Source of the DNA: Blepharisma stoltei ATCC 30299
Lineage: Eukaryota > Protista > Ciliophora
Direction of reading: 5' to 3'
DNA: 64,000 nucleotides
Assembly (NCBI GenBank): GCA_965603825.1
Contig: CBFDEM010000016.1
Span: forward strand, 62,001-126,000
A program made the position numbers and the translations under genes. This document shows, in pieces, positions 14,875 to 27,379 of the stretch. A model generated the notes under the pieces. It was not told where the DNA came from, made no database searches, and saw only the letters and a list, made by a program, of their open reading frames with translations. The first letter of the stretch is position 1. Every line of letters begins with the position of its first letter.

Positions 14875-15567
14875 ATGAATGAAGAATCAAATGTTGTCAG
14901 AATCTTAGAGCGACACAAAAGAATAATCATTACATGTTATGTTCTATACACAATTGCTAAAATAGTAGCTATCATAATTTCTTTATCAATCACGGGCTCT
15001 GTTGCTAAATATGGCATTGATTTATTTCTAGTTATTTATTCAGCTATAGATGGCTATGAGATTTTGTTCTTTTTTATCCTAGGAATATATAAGTACTGTG
15101 CGAATATTCCTCTATCGTTTTCAATGACAAGAGGAATTCAGCTGATTTTAGAAGTGTAATTTATAGGTAGTGCCCGTTTGGCGTTAGTGACAATAATGGC
15201 AATAGAGATTTCAAGAAATTTGCATCTTCTAGATAAAGCACCAGGCATAGTTGGATTAGTTCTGGTAAATATTGAGTATGCTAAAGCTATTTGTTTTATT
15301 ATTTTTATAGCAGCAAATTTCAAAAATATCAGAAGATCATATATCCATAACTTAAATTCAGAGCCAGGGATTTTTGAAGCTACAGAGAAATTAGAACCGC
15401 ATACAAAAATAATTGGAAAAGAATATTCCTGCCCAATCTGCTTAGAGATGATCCGATTAAATTCTGTTTGTGTTGTTTTACCATGTGATCATGCATATCA
15501 CCATACTTGCCTGAAAAATTGAATAATTATTCGGTGCATTTGTCCTATGTGTAGAACAGCTATTTAA
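14875..15567 (+). CDS. Multi-TM RING-H2 E3 ubiquitin ligase
   Basis: Hydrophobic helices, then CPIC...LPCDHAYHHTCLKN(TGA)...CPMCR. One 15-nt intron. Ends TAA. Confidence 0.87.
15156..15170 (+). other. 15-nt intron gtaatttataggtag
   Basis: Removes an in-frame TAA and joins ORFs 14845..15159 and 15178..15522 in frame. Confidence 0.85.
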
Positions 15568-15658
15568 ATACAAATTTTAATGTTGAGGGCTAGCATAAGC
15601 AAATATGCCATAATATAATAAGTATCTTATTAGCTATTGTATGGAATTTTCTAACTAT

Positions 15659-16006
15659 TTAGCTTTTTCTATCCTTTTTAGGTTTTCTATCACAGGCTCT
15701 CAGTTCTTTGTTTTTGGTGATGTTATATTCAGTGACCATATATTTTTCCAAATTGCTGCCTCTTCCATAAGTTGCAGAAGTCGTCCTCAGTGGTTCTTGC
15801 TTTAATTCTTCCATTCTCTACATAAATATTACAGCTTCCAATTTTCTAATCTTGTCATCAACAGTATCATTAGATAGCGCATTGCCAGAAGTTAAAAAAC
15901 CCCAGTCTTCTTCCCACTGTTTAGCTCCATTGAGCTCATTTAATATATATGATCTCCAATTTCTATCTTCAGCTACAAAGTTGTTATCTTTAGACTTGAG
16001 TGACAT
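15659..16006 (-). CDS. Small C20orf85/LLC1-like (ciliary) protein
   Basis: FVAEDRNWRSYILNE...WEEDWGFL and TTSATYG motifs. One 15-nt intron. Ends TAA. Confidence 0.65.
15818..15832 (-). other. 15-nt intron gtaatatttatgtag
   Basis: Removes an in-frame TAG and extends the ORF by about 50 codons. Confidence 0.85.
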
Positions 16007-16089
16007 TTTTACTAACAGTTATTGAATTGTATTTCCTATATCAAAAATTAATTTAAAATATTTCAGCCAGACCATTTAAAATCTTTTAA

Positions 16090-17145
16090 ATGGAGCTACG
16101 TGTTGGGACTAAATACAGAGTTGGTCGGAAAATCGGAAGTGGGTCATTTGGGGAAATTTACTTAGGTACCAATACCCAGACAAATGAAGAAGTCGCAATA
16201 AAATTAGAAAATATTCATACAAGGCATCCACAATTATTATACGAGTCAAGACTATATCGGATTTTCCAAGGTGGTCCAGGAATTCCAAATATTCATTGGC
16301 AAGGTGTAGAAGGAGATTATAATGTGATTGTCATTGATTTATTAGGACCTTCCCTTGAAGATTTATTGAAATATTGCGGTGGAGCTTTGTCTTTGAAAAC
16401 AGTGTCTATGCTTGCAGAACAGATGATTTCTAGAGTAGAGTATCTGCATGGGAAAAAATTTTTGCATAGAGATATTAAGCCTGACAATTTTTTAATTGGG
16501 CTGGATAAAAGGGCAAATCAAGTATTTATTATTGATTTTGGATTAAGTAAAAAATATTGGGATAGCAAAACAAATAGCCACATAGCTTATAAAGAAGGAA
16601 AAAGCCTTACAGGTACTGCAAGATATGCATCAATTTACACCCATTTAGGCTTTGAGCAGTCAAGAAGAGATGATTTAGAAGGTTTAGCATATGTCCTTAT
16701 ATATTTGCTAAAAGGTGCTTTGCCTTGGCAGGGATTGCAAGGAAATAACAAAAGAGAGAAATATCAGAATATTATGGAAAGGAAAATGAGCACGCCTGTA
16801 GAAGCTCTTTGCGCTCCGTTCCCGTCTGAAATTTCGGCATGTTTGAGCTATTGCAAATCATTGAAATTTGACGAAAAACCAGATTACAATTATTCAAAAA
16901 GGCTTTTCCGAGATATCATGGCAAGGGAAAATTTTCAAGCTGACTTTGTATACGACTGAGTGATCCTAAAAAGAGCACGGGATAACAATAGAAATCACAA
17001 TCGATCTAGAGAAATAAAAGCCTCACCACAGAAAAATAACGAAAGCAGAGAAGAAACAAAAAAAATCAGTCCAATACAAAAAAAAGAAAATTCAACGTCA
17101 AGAATTATTAATTTAGCTTCGCAGAACCGAAATAATAATAGATAA
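16090..17145 (+). CDS. CK1: Casein kinase 1
   Basis: [45 protein letters not shown]; FVYD(TGA) at the conserved Trp; tail ends TAA. Confidence 0.96.
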
Positions 17146-17233
17146 ATTATTATCATAAGGATTTTTATGATTTTTATAAAAAGCATGTTTCAGTTGTGGA
17201 TTTTTAAATTTTCATAACCAATTAAAAAATTTA

Positions 17234-18736
17234 ATGCTTGTGAGACAAAATACAAATAGGTCATTTAATTTCACACCTAAAGAGCAGCCAAAACCAATAT
17301 TGAATGTCCCTTATCTTATGATTACAAATGCGCCTGGTTCTCCTGATGCTCTCTCATATATAGTATCAATTCTGAATTCTCCACCTCCTTCAAGAACACT
17401 TAATACTTTAAAAACCTTGATGTTTGTTACTAAAGATATACCTTTTTTCACTAAAATAAAACAAGAATATAATGAAGATGCTCACAAAAATTGCTGTCAA
17501 TATATGTGTTACTTTTTTAGTAAAAAAGGTGAATTTGTTATAAACGCTGGAGAGTATGGGGACACCTTTTATATTATTTTGCAAGGAGTCGTGAAAGTAT
17601 TAGTCCCAACGTCTAGCCCAGGGCAGCCAGACACTTTGATTGAAGTTGCTACATTGGAGGCTGGATCCGCATTTGGTGAGCTTGCACTTTTGAAAAACCA
17701 GCCTAGGGCAGCAAGCATTATTTGTACAGAAGACTGCCATTTTGCTACGCTCAGCAAAGAGCCTTATTTGAGAATTTTAGGAAAATTAACTGCACAGAAA
17801 CTCGATGAGTTAGTTAGTTTTTTATCCAAGCTTCCTGTATTTTCAAGCTGAACTGCTAAGTCTTTAGTAAACCTAAGCTATTATTTCACACAAGTAAAAT
17901 TCACAAGGAATCAAGTTATATATAGCGAAGGCGACCCACCAGCCTGCGCGTATATTATAAGAGAAGGAGAAGTTCAATTGACAAGGTCATATAAAATTCA
18001 AATACCAAGCAATAATAAATCGCTATGCACATTGAAAAATCGCATAAAAAAACACCAAAAAATCAAAGTAGCTATATTAACAAAAGGAGAAATGTTTGGT
18101 GATGCTGAATTATTAAGCAATAATCCAAGAAGTTATACTTGTACGTGTAGCTCCAGTGAAGTCGATTTACTTACAATAAGTAAATTAGAATTTAAACGAA
18201 GAATAATAAAAGAAGAGTCCATTTTCTACATAATGAAAAAAAATAAAATCAAAGAAGAATGCAGAGAAACCACCTATGGAGGAGTTGCTGGGATTAATAT
18301 TCAAAAATCTAAGGTCATTGAGCCTTTAAAAGATATAGAAACTCATAAAGACAGCTCAATTATTAATGATCTGAAAACGCTGAGTCCATCATATTTTCAA
18401 AAAATTCATCATGATTCGCCAAAACTGCTAAAAGTGCCTACATTTGACAAAATTTCTAAAAGCCAATTAAGCCCGAAATTGATGAGGTCTATACCATCAT
18501 CCCCAAGAAAAAGCAGAAGATCTTTAACTGAAAGAGACTCATTAGGGATTACTCCAAGAGCAATAAGAAACACACCGAAATTGAATTTGGAGCTTTTAGA
18601 AACCAGCACAAAAGGCACAAAAAGTTCAGGGTTGCCAAGCATAAGGCATGCCCCAATATCACCAAGAGAGCTGAAATATTATATGAATTTTCGAAGTGAC
18701 TCACCAATCTATTATCCAATGACATCAAGACAGTAG
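17234..18736 (+). CDS. Tandem cyclic-nucleotide-binding domain protein
   Basis: FGELALL...PRAASI and second FGDAELL...RSYT cassettes, joined through TGA 17849-17851. Ends TAG. Confidence 0.85.
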
Positions 18737-18832
18737 CCTTTCCATAAGGAAATATAATATATATATTTCACAGGATAATTTTTATTATATTAAGGATTCC
18801 AAGTTAATAGACTGAGAGTTTACATTCTTTTC

Positions 18833-19825
18833 TTAGAAATCACGGAAAAGCTCATTAACTGATACCGATGCAGGCCTAAAGAAATCAGGATCATCAGGAT
18901 AATTCGCAAACGATGATGTGTCATTGGGCCCTGACAAATTTGGTATCCAGGGTGCTCGCACTTCTTTTCTTACCACCATCGCAAAGTCAACTCCTCTAAA
19001 CCATTTCATTCCTTTTATTTCTTCACTTGATCCATTACTTCCTAATCTTTCGTCTTGATTAATACATAATAGCCTTGCTATTAATTCTGCAGCATTATTT
19101 GATATAAGTTCAGGCATCACAAATTCTCCTTTGACTATTTTCTTGTAAATTTTGTAGGGATTTTGGTCATAAAATGGTGGGTTTCCAACGAGCATTTCAT
19201 AAACTAAAATTCCAAAAGCCCATCAATCCACTGCTTTACCATGGCCTTCTGACTTAATAATTTCAGGCGCCAAATATTCAGGTGTCCCACACAGCGTGAA
19301 GCTTCTTTCGCCCTGAGGAATTACCTTGCAAAACCCAAAATCCGCAATTTTCACATGCCCCTGTTGGTCAATTAAAATATTTTCTGGCTTCAAGTCTCTA
19401 TATACAATATCCCTTGTATGCATATAAGAGATCGCTAATAAAATTTCTGTCGCATAAAACAGTGCTACGTCATTAGGAAAATGATGATAAAGCCTCAGCC
19501 TTGTAAATAATTCCCCTCCAGGTATATATTCTAGCGTTAAATACAGACATGAAGAGTCTTGAAATGAATTTATGCTGCGTTATGGTTACAGTTTGACTAT
19601 AAAAGGATGATCCAGGGACGCTAAAACCCGTTTTTCAGCTTTAGCGTGCTCTACTTGTTTAAGTTTTACAAGGGTTTCTTTATTTATCATTTTAAGAGCG
19701 TGGTAAGGGCTATTTCTTTGATTTTTTGAGCGAACCAAAGCTACTCGTGCAAATGTCCCAGTGCCTAAATAAAAATTACCAATAGTTCGGACTACTTCAA
19801 AATCTCTCAAACGTAAAGGTAACAT
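18833..19825 (-). CDS. cAMP-dependent protein kinase catalytic subunit-like (PKA/PRKX)
   Basis: GTGTFARV, YRDLKPEN, TLCGTPEYLAPE, AVD(TGA)W, DTSSF..YPD. Two 15-nt introns. Ends TAA. Confidence 0.92.
19575..19589 (-). other. 15-nt intron gtaaccataacgcag
   Basis: Removes an in-frame TAA and restores HPFIVKLINSFQD. Confidence 0.9.
19765..19779 (-). other. 15-nt intron gtaatttttatttag (in frame, no stop)
   Basis: Matches the intron consensus; removal gives canonical RTIGTGTFARV. Confidence 0.85.
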
Positions 19826-19906
19826 TATTAAAGAAAAATTTTAATGATATTATGACTAAAAAAGATTTTTTAGTTTCCATTTTAAGACTGATTAAAAGCA
19901 ACCCAA

Positions 19907-20704
19907 TTATGAGTTAGTGTTAGGCTCCAGCCATCTTTCAGTGTGCAAGGTGTTGATTCTGAAGTTGCTGGTATCAACTTCAAAGCCTTTTAGCACTGCA
20001 TCTAAGATTTCAGGGTTATGGACCTGCCCATCTTTGCAGAGAACTAAAATATGATCCTGCATGTTTCTCCCTACATCTACAAAGTTATCGACTTGGATAT
20101 GAGTTTCTGCCTTCAGCTGGTTGTTATCATCAAGAATTTTAGCATTAATTCCTTTTTCAGGCTCTAGTTTTTTTTTATCTTCTGTCAAAAGGTTAATTTC
20201 ATCAATAAAAATCCAGGATTTCCACCTGTATCCTGTCACATTAGAATGCTCTACTTTTAAGACTTTTCCTCCTCTTAGCAGCCAGAGTCTATTGATGTGA
20301 TATCTGAGATTAAAAACATATTCCACTTGAGGGTACCAACCCCAAAGCCCAGCTAAAAGAAATAAATCGTTATAGAGCCATGTCAAGCCAAATGGATTTG
20401 CAAAATACATATAAAGAAATGAAGGCATTGACCAGCTCCAAACAGAGTAAGGATAAGGAGTTAGCACGTCTTTAAGTCTGAATGGTTCAGCTTCATAAAG
20501 AAGAAGTTCCCCAGTCCTATTAAACTCAATCTGTTCTTTTGGCTTAAAAATTGTGGTGTCTTGGACTAATTTTTTGCGCTCTCCAAGCATGAATTTCTGA
20601 AATTCTTCTAAATCAGGGTTTCCAATATATTGGTAATGTTCTTCATAATAAGGGGAAACTGTGCTAAATCTGCGGAGACATGAGGCAGCCACTCTTCGTA
20701 ACAT
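19907..20704 (-). CDS. Mitochondrial-targeted membrane protein, tentatively TMEM70/186/223-like
   Basis: Arg-rich presequence MLRRVAASCLRRFS, two hydrophobic segments, then HINRLWLLRGGKVLKVE. Confidence 0.55.
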   Translation of the reverse strand: MLRRVAASCLRRFSTVSPYYEEHYQYIGNPDLEEFQKFMLGERKKLVQDTTIFKPKEQIEFNRTGELLLYEAEPFRLKDVLTPYPYSVWSWSMPSFLYMYFANPFGLTWLYNDLFLLAGLWGWYPQVEYVFNLRYHINRLWLLRGGKVLKVEHSNVTGYRWKSWIFIDEINLLTEDKKKLEPEKGINAKILDDNNQLKAETHIQVDNFVDVGRNMQDHILVLCKDGQVHNPEILDAVLKGFEVDTSNFRINTLHTERWLEPNTNS

Positions 20705-20842
20705 TTTATATTAGCTAATAATGATAAAGAATTTTCGCTTATATTGTTATAGAGAAGGATGAATTTCATGAAATTTATTTTAAATAGTATTTTTTAAAGA
20801 ATTTCTGTTAAAATCTCTATTAATTTAAAGAATATTTTTTAT

Positions 20843-22090
20843 TTAATTCATCCTGACCTCGAATTTTCCTGAATGAAAAACACATCTTGCACCTTTATAG
20901 GGTGCATAAGACTCCCCTCTTGCTAACACTTTTTCTATTTTTGTGCCTGTTGGATTATACCCTACTATCATAAAATTGACTTCCAAGCTCATTTCAGTTT
21001 CCTGCAAAATAGGGACGATTTCTTTAGGCACTGGAACTCTTCCAGTGAGCTGAGAAACTCTGTCAAGCATTAATCTCCCAACACTCCATATCCCTTTGTT
21101 TTCGTCCATTACAAAAGTCCCAGTATTTACTGCAATTGACGGCTTTCCACATACTTTTGGCAAAACAAAATAAATTTTAAATTCTTCAATGACAAGTCTT
21201 TCTGTTAAAATCATTTTACTTTCAGCTCTAATATCAAGCTTCATAGTTTCTTCTTCAAAAGAAATCGCTGGAGTAATCTTAAACGGCAAAGATGGGCACA
21301 AATCATTAAGCCAATATTTAAATACAATGAATTTTGTATCCAGAGGGGTAAAAACCAGCACTTTTTCTTCCTCTTCAAACCTCTTGCGTCGTGATATTAC
21401 AGCTTGATGGAATGTGTAATGCAAAAATTGATGCGGGGCATGAAGATACATAGTTAAATCAGGCATGCCTGTAAGGCTTGCATTTACTTGGATATGTCCG
21501 ACAATATCATACCTCACTGGATTTCAATGTTTGTCCATAGTCATATTCACATACTCAATAACGTCTATTAAAATTTCATTTAAAGTGTATCGTAAGTTTC
21601 TAGGCCTCCAAGGACTTTCATTCATCTGCTCATTTTTTATGGCTTCATCTAAATATGTGTCTCCCTGTGGCTTTATAGTAGTAAACCTCTCAAAAAATCC
21701 AGGCTTTCTTAAAAAGTGAGCCAAAATGTGCTGGTGAGTCGTAAAAGGGCAGCCGTACTCGATAAGTTCTTCCATTGATAATAAGACACCACTGAAGTGG
21801 TCGCGAATGCTGTCAGAGTCAACTTTTCCGATTCCTGCCTTGATGACGTCAACTAAAATTTCAATCATTTCGACTATGACTGCAATTTGTGTTTCTTCTT
21901 TGGTTATTGCTAAAAATATCAAATCATTGAAAGGGACTTTGATGCATATGTAGTCATTTACTTGGGATACTAAATTTACTTGATCTTTGATTGCGACAAA
22001 TTGGTCAACGATGTTACGGAGAGAATCTCGATAATGCTTTTCTATTAATGTGTCACCAGCGTTGCTTAGTATCAATAAACTATGCATCAT
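20843..22090 (-). CDS. Adaptor complex medium subunit (AP-3 mu-like)
   Basis: MHSLLILSNAGDTLIEKHYR, PWRP...YTLNEILIDVIEY, LTGMPDL, YAPYKGAR...GKFEVR. Two ORFs joined by TGA 21524-21526. Confidence 0.88.
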
Positions 22091-22398
22091 TTTATATTTT
22101 GATATAAGATGAATATCCGTTTATGCAATTTAAATAGTATTTTCTGCAAGAATTAAAAGATGATTAGTTTTTAGATGAAAAATGCAATAAATAAGTAAAT
22201 AATTATCAATTAGTATAACAAAGTCATAAGATGCACTGTATATAGTAAATTAATCATTTTTTATTTGCATTTCAAAAGTATTTTTCAAATAAAAATTCTT
22301 TTTCCTTCTGATTTTCTATACAGCATTGTCATACTATGTATTTCGAGAAAATTCTATAATTGATAAATACCCAGACATATCATCTTTTATAATTAAAA

Positions 22399-22857
22399 AT
22401 GGCTACAGAAACTTCAGTTGTCTCAGCAAGTCACCAATTTGAATCAGCAGTTTTTAACTCTCCAGTCGATCAAGTATGGGCTCATATTCGAAATTTATCA
22501 TTCCATATCCTCTGTCCTAATTGGGTATCTAGTGTATCTTGGTCTGAGGGTGATTCTGGAAAAGTCGGCGCAACAGTTCATATGACTTATACAGACGGAA
22601 CTCAATGGACTGTGAATATCTTAGAAATCAGTGATATAAAGAGGACTATTGTATACGAATTAATTCACGCTGACCCTGCAGCTCACTCTTTTTCTTATGT
22701 CAACACAATAAGAGTCTTCAAAGAAACATTGACCAATAAGACTTTTCTTATCTGGGAAACCGACTTCTCTAACGACGCTACTGCAAACACTGTGATGGAC
22801 TGCAAGTACAAGAAGATTGAAGCTCTTTCCGCAATGGCAAATGCATTAAATAATTAA
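22399..22857 (+). CDS. SRPBCC/Bet v1-like (polyketide cyclase fold) protein
   Basis: SPVDQVWAHIRN...G.VGA...LIWETDFS pattern. Confidence 0.8.
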   Translation: MATETSVVSASHQFESAVFNSPVDQVWAHIRNLSFHILCPNWVSSVSWSEGDSGKVGATVHMTYTDGTQWTVNILEISDIKRTIVYELIHADPAAHSFSYVNTIRVFKETLTNKTFLIWETDFSNDATANTVMDCKYKKIEALSAMANALNN

Positions 22858-22868
22858 AAAAATTACAT

Positions 22869-23723
22869 TTATTCGTCGTTTTCAAATGGATCTAATAACT
22901 CATCTGAACTATTTAATCTGACTAACAAAGCTGCTATTTGTCTAGGTGTTAGCATTGATGAAATATAATCAATTATATTTTGTAGATGCCCAGTTCGCCT
23001 TAATAAGCATTTTCTAATCCTTTTCAAATTATTTATGCACCGGTCATACGCTTCTTTTTTCTTTGTGATTTTTTGTAGGTGGGTTTCAATGTTTTCTTTT
23101 TGTTCTGGGGTAAGGACCGTTGTGTCTAAGGACTGGTCTCAAAATAGCGACGAGGACATGTCTTTATCAGCGCACATGTTTAATAAGGTTTTTAGCTGTC
23201 CAGGCAAAGAGATGTCAGCGATTTGGTGCATGACGTATTCTATGTAGCCTTGACGCTCTACACCATTTGCACCCATCTTGATGCGGAGGGTTTCTAAAAT
23301 GTCTTTTATTTGTTCGTCGTGGCTGCCTGAGAGGAGGAGATTGTTTAGTTGGTTAAACATTGACTGCTTGTCTGATCTGTATTGTTGGGACATTTGGTCA
23401 TTTACTTTTTCATCGCCTTCTTCGCAGACTTCTTGACGTAAGCTGTCAACTTCTTCAGTTAAGCTTGCAACACGTGATTCTAGGTATTGTAGGTTTTGTT
23501 TTTTCTTTTTACGTGTGTTTCTTGCTGAAACTCGGTTTTTTGCTAATCTTTTAATGCGCTTGCTTTCAGGATCATCTTCATTTCCATCTTCATCTTCTTT
23601 AGGGGGTTCGAAGTGTTGGATAAGCTCATATATCGGTTCTTGAGTGTTAAGAAATGAAGCAAAAATATCTTCTTCTAAAAGATGAGAATCCAGATCCCAT
23701 TCCATTTTCCATTCATTCGACAT
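22869..23723 (-). CDS. bZIP transcription factor with DOG1-like C-terminal region
   Basis: KRIKRLAKNRVSARNTRKKKKQ plus leucine zipper. Read-through of TGA 23139-23141 adds about 90 aa including LTPRQIAALL. Ends TAA. Confidence 0.8.
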
Positions 23724-24122
23724 AATTTATATAAGAGTTATAATAAGCAGGACGATTGTTGTGAGGGAAAAAATAAAGAGAAATTTCGAAGGAAAGTAAA
23801 ACAGTTTCATTAAGAATCAATTAAATGCTTTAAAGAGAAAATTTTTAATTAGAAGATAGTGATATTAAATATGGTTTCGTAGAATTTCCGTTCCTAGTAT
23901 TTTTATTATTGCACTCATTTTAAATTGAATTTTAAATTAAATTATGCAATTTTTTTATTTTTCTATTAAATACAAAAAGCGCAGGTTTATTTGAAGTTTT
24001 TCTCTATTTTTGCGCCAATATATTGCATGGTTTCATTAATTGGTTTTTTCTAAAATTCTCTTAATGGCAATAATCCTCAAAAATGTCTAGATTATGATCC
24101 TAATAATATTTACAACAGATTC

Positions 24123-25016
24123 ATGTCTGATCAACTTCCCAAAAAACGCGGCAAACGTGGTCGTCCTCCAAAACTCCCAGAAAAGAAACTAAAATCAGAG
24201 TCGGAGTCTAAAGATAGCCAGGCTCTTCCAAATCTTTCAATAAAACAAGAAAAAATTTCTGATAAGCCAAAGCATCAGAGTGAGCTAATTGACATATACA
24301 ATAACATCCGTGCCGCTTTTATAAACAGCGGCGTTTCCCAGCAAAGTCAATTATTAATTCGAAGAATCGCGAGCAACTTGTCATCGACTGGGGAATTCAG
24401 TTCTCAGCCATTGCTCAGAATTTTAAATGAAGTGCTACAAGAACTAACTTTAAATGAGCTTGAAGTCGTTTCTTGGGCTATTGTGCTTGATCGATACAAC
24501 TGAAGGGAAAATTCCTTGCCAGTTCAAAATCTGTTATTAAATATCGCCTTTGCAATAAAAACGCAATTAAATGAAGATACTGGTCCATATAAAGCCTACT
24601 TAGCTACAAAATCTTCAAGCTATATGGATGAATTTAACTCCTGGGTGGAATCAATAAAACCATTGATGAATATTAATGCCAAAGATATTAATAACAAGTT
24701 CAAAGAGTTAAGCAAACTAGTAGGTGTCCCAGGAGACGAAAAAATCCATGACTATAACTATTACGTTGACGAAATCTTGCAGATCTCCCCACCATATACT
24801 CAAGACGCAAAAGATGAGAGCTTATTGCCTGTAAAGAAAGAAGATGTAAGCGGACATAGGAAAGCTTCGGACTTTGATTTCGAGTCTAGCACCAATAATG
24901 AGCATACAATTTTACCCAAGGTAGAAGTGATGCCTACGAATTTCTTAAAAGATTGGGGAGCAGACTCAAAAGAAGGCTTTTCAATGCAGGCACCAAATAT
25001 TCCTCATACTAAATAA
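24123..25016 (+). CDS. AT-hook-containing hypothetical nuclear protein
   Basis: KRGRPPK motif; two ORFs in frame across TGA 24501-24503. Ends TAA. Confidence 0.7.
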
Positions 25017-25039
25017 ACTTAATTTTAGTTCAATAAACC

Positions 25040-26995
25040 TTATTTTTTCCCTTGAAAATAGGGCGAGTTATAAGCTTCAATAACGTCCCACCTCCTGTCT
25101 TGATCATACTCTAAGCATCTTCTGATAAAATCTTTGCATTCATTAGAAATTCCTGACTTATTCGGAAATTCAACACTGGTCGCATTAATTATAACCTGGT
25201 TCTTCAAGACTTTTTCTTGTGCCATGTTGTGACCGAAAGGTCTTTGCCCATACAATAATTCAAAAAAAATTACCCCAGCACTTCATATGTCGACTTTTGA
25301 AGAAATTAGAGGTGGAAGATGCCCTGTCTGAAAGCACTCAGGAGCTTGATACCAATAAGTCCCTACACCTTGACTAGTAAGTTCTATATTACTATTGCTA
25401 GGCTCCATAACTTTGGCTAGCCCAAAATCAGTTATTTTTACATTTCCATTATTCAACAATATATTATGCGGCTTCAAATCATAATGAATCACTTTTTCTT
25501 TCTGTTCATTCAAGTATTTCAGCCCACAAAAAATCTGTATCATCACGCTTTTGGCTTCTTTTTCTGTCAAAGTTTTGTGTTTTTTCAAATACATATGCAG
25601 ATCGTCCCCAGGGCAATACTCTAAAACAGTGCAAAAACAGTTATTATCGATTTCTAAGGTATCAAAATGCTTGACTATTCTAGGATGGTCAAGTTCTCTG
25701 TGAATGTGGTTTTCTCTTAAGGCGTGCTTGATATAATTGGCTTTTATGGCTTCGCCCCATAAAGGGTTTAATTGGTGGAATTTTATAGCGAGGTAAAGAT
25801 GCTCTTGGAGATCATAAGCTTTGTAGACTTCACTGTAGCCGCCTTTTCCTAAGAGGGAGAGCAAGAGATAGCGCTTGTGGAGGACTGGTCAGGCTTCGTG
25901 GTCTTCAGTTTCTTTTGCGTATTTTGCAGAATCTTCTTCATTGATTCGTCGGCATTCTTGAATGTGGACGTTTTTCTCTCTTTCTAGCCTCTCTAATTTT
26001 TCTTTTAATTCAGCCTCTTCTCTATTAAGAAGTTTCAATTTTAGCGGCAAAGTTGCAGCAATATCATCGTCAATTTTTTTCGACTTTTTCAGCTTATCTA
26101 ATTGTTCTTTCTGTGCCGCAATTATTGGCAGCCTCGCTTTTACCTCAGTAATCTCTTTCCCGTCTTCCCAATATTCTTGAAACTTCGCAGACTCCCTTAC
26201 AGTCACTACCTTCCCAAGCCTATAAGAATCATTAAACAGCTTAACCTTCAATTCCTGTCTCTTTTTTTCCTCATAAGCTCTCAGTGACTTAATTAATGCA
26301 TTTTTCCCTTTTTCAGCAGAAATCGTTAAATTTTGATGTTCCTCAGTAAGTGTTTTGAGTTCCTCATCTTTTTTCTCAAGCTGGTGCTTTAAGTTTTCAA
26401 TTGCTGCATCTTTGCTGGCGAGTTTTTTATCGTTTTCTGCTTGTGAGATTTCGAATATTTTTAATTCTTGTTGGAGTTTTGCAATTTTTTGATTAAGGGA
26501 ATTAACAAGTGAAGACATCATGATGTCTGATGGTAAATCAGTTTTAAATAAATCTGAAGGTTCTGATACACTATTTGGATTATCAATTATCATATTCTGG
26601 GAACAATCAGAATCAAGAGAGGGGTCCTCCATTTGGCGCCTTTTTGTACCGCTAAAGTTCCCTTTTTTCTTGTCAATACGAGCCAAATCATCATCTCTTG
26701 CCCTTGTTCGTTTTTTTGGCTCATTAGGAGAATTTTGTGCAGAGTTTTCTGCTGAAACTGTTTTGGAGTTCGGCGTGTTCATTAAAAGTGCTTTTTGAGC
26801 TTTTTGAGAGCTTGTGTCGAGGAATTTTTCTATAGAAGTTTGGTCAGAATATTGAGGTTTTTGTGTTGGAGGAGAGCTAGGAGGAAGCGTAGGAAGGGGG
26901 CCGAATAAGCGAGCTTCAAGATTGACAATTCGATGACTTAAGGCACCTACGCTTTCTGCGATATCAGTTTGATTTAATGAAGAGGGATCTTGCAT
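25040..26995 (-). CDS. TLK: Tousled-like kinase
   Basis: Coiled coil; [48 protein letters not shown](TGA)S. Three ORFs in one frame. Confidence 0.93.
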
Positions 26996-27306
26996 TTTAG
27001 AATAAATTATAAATTAGGTAATAAAGAATTTAAATAGTAAAAAATTGGGGCGATTTTAAAGTAAAATTTTTATAAATTATATAAATGTTAGTTTTGCTTT
27101 AAAAATTATTGATAAACTATATAAATTAAAAAGAATTTAGCTCATTCTATGCCTTTATGATTGCAAAAGTCGTATTAAAAAATGATTATTATAAAGGAAC
27201 TTAATAATTTTTTACCAACAAAATCTATAGATGGTGAACAGAAAAGCTAATTTAGGAGCTTGCTGAAGAGTCATATTTATAGAAAAGAGAATTTTTAAAT
27301 ATAGGC

Positions 27307-27379
27307 GCAAGTGTAGTGTAGTGGTTATCACATCTGCCTCACACGCAGAAGGTCGTGGGTTCAATCCCCACCACTTGTA
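27307..27379 (+). tRNA. tRNA-Val (anticodon CAC)
   Basis: Acceptor stem GCAAGTG/CACTTGT, D-loop AGTGG, anticodon arm TCTGC-CTCACAC-GCAGA (CAC at 27340-27342), T-arm GTGGG-TTCAATC-CCCAC. Confidence 0.96.

Noticed and set aside
16090-19825. CK1, cNMP-binding protein and PKA-like kinase as a functional cluster
   Set aside because: These families are highly expanded in ciliates and the cNMP protein lacks clear PKA regulatory-subunit features; adjacency is likely chance.
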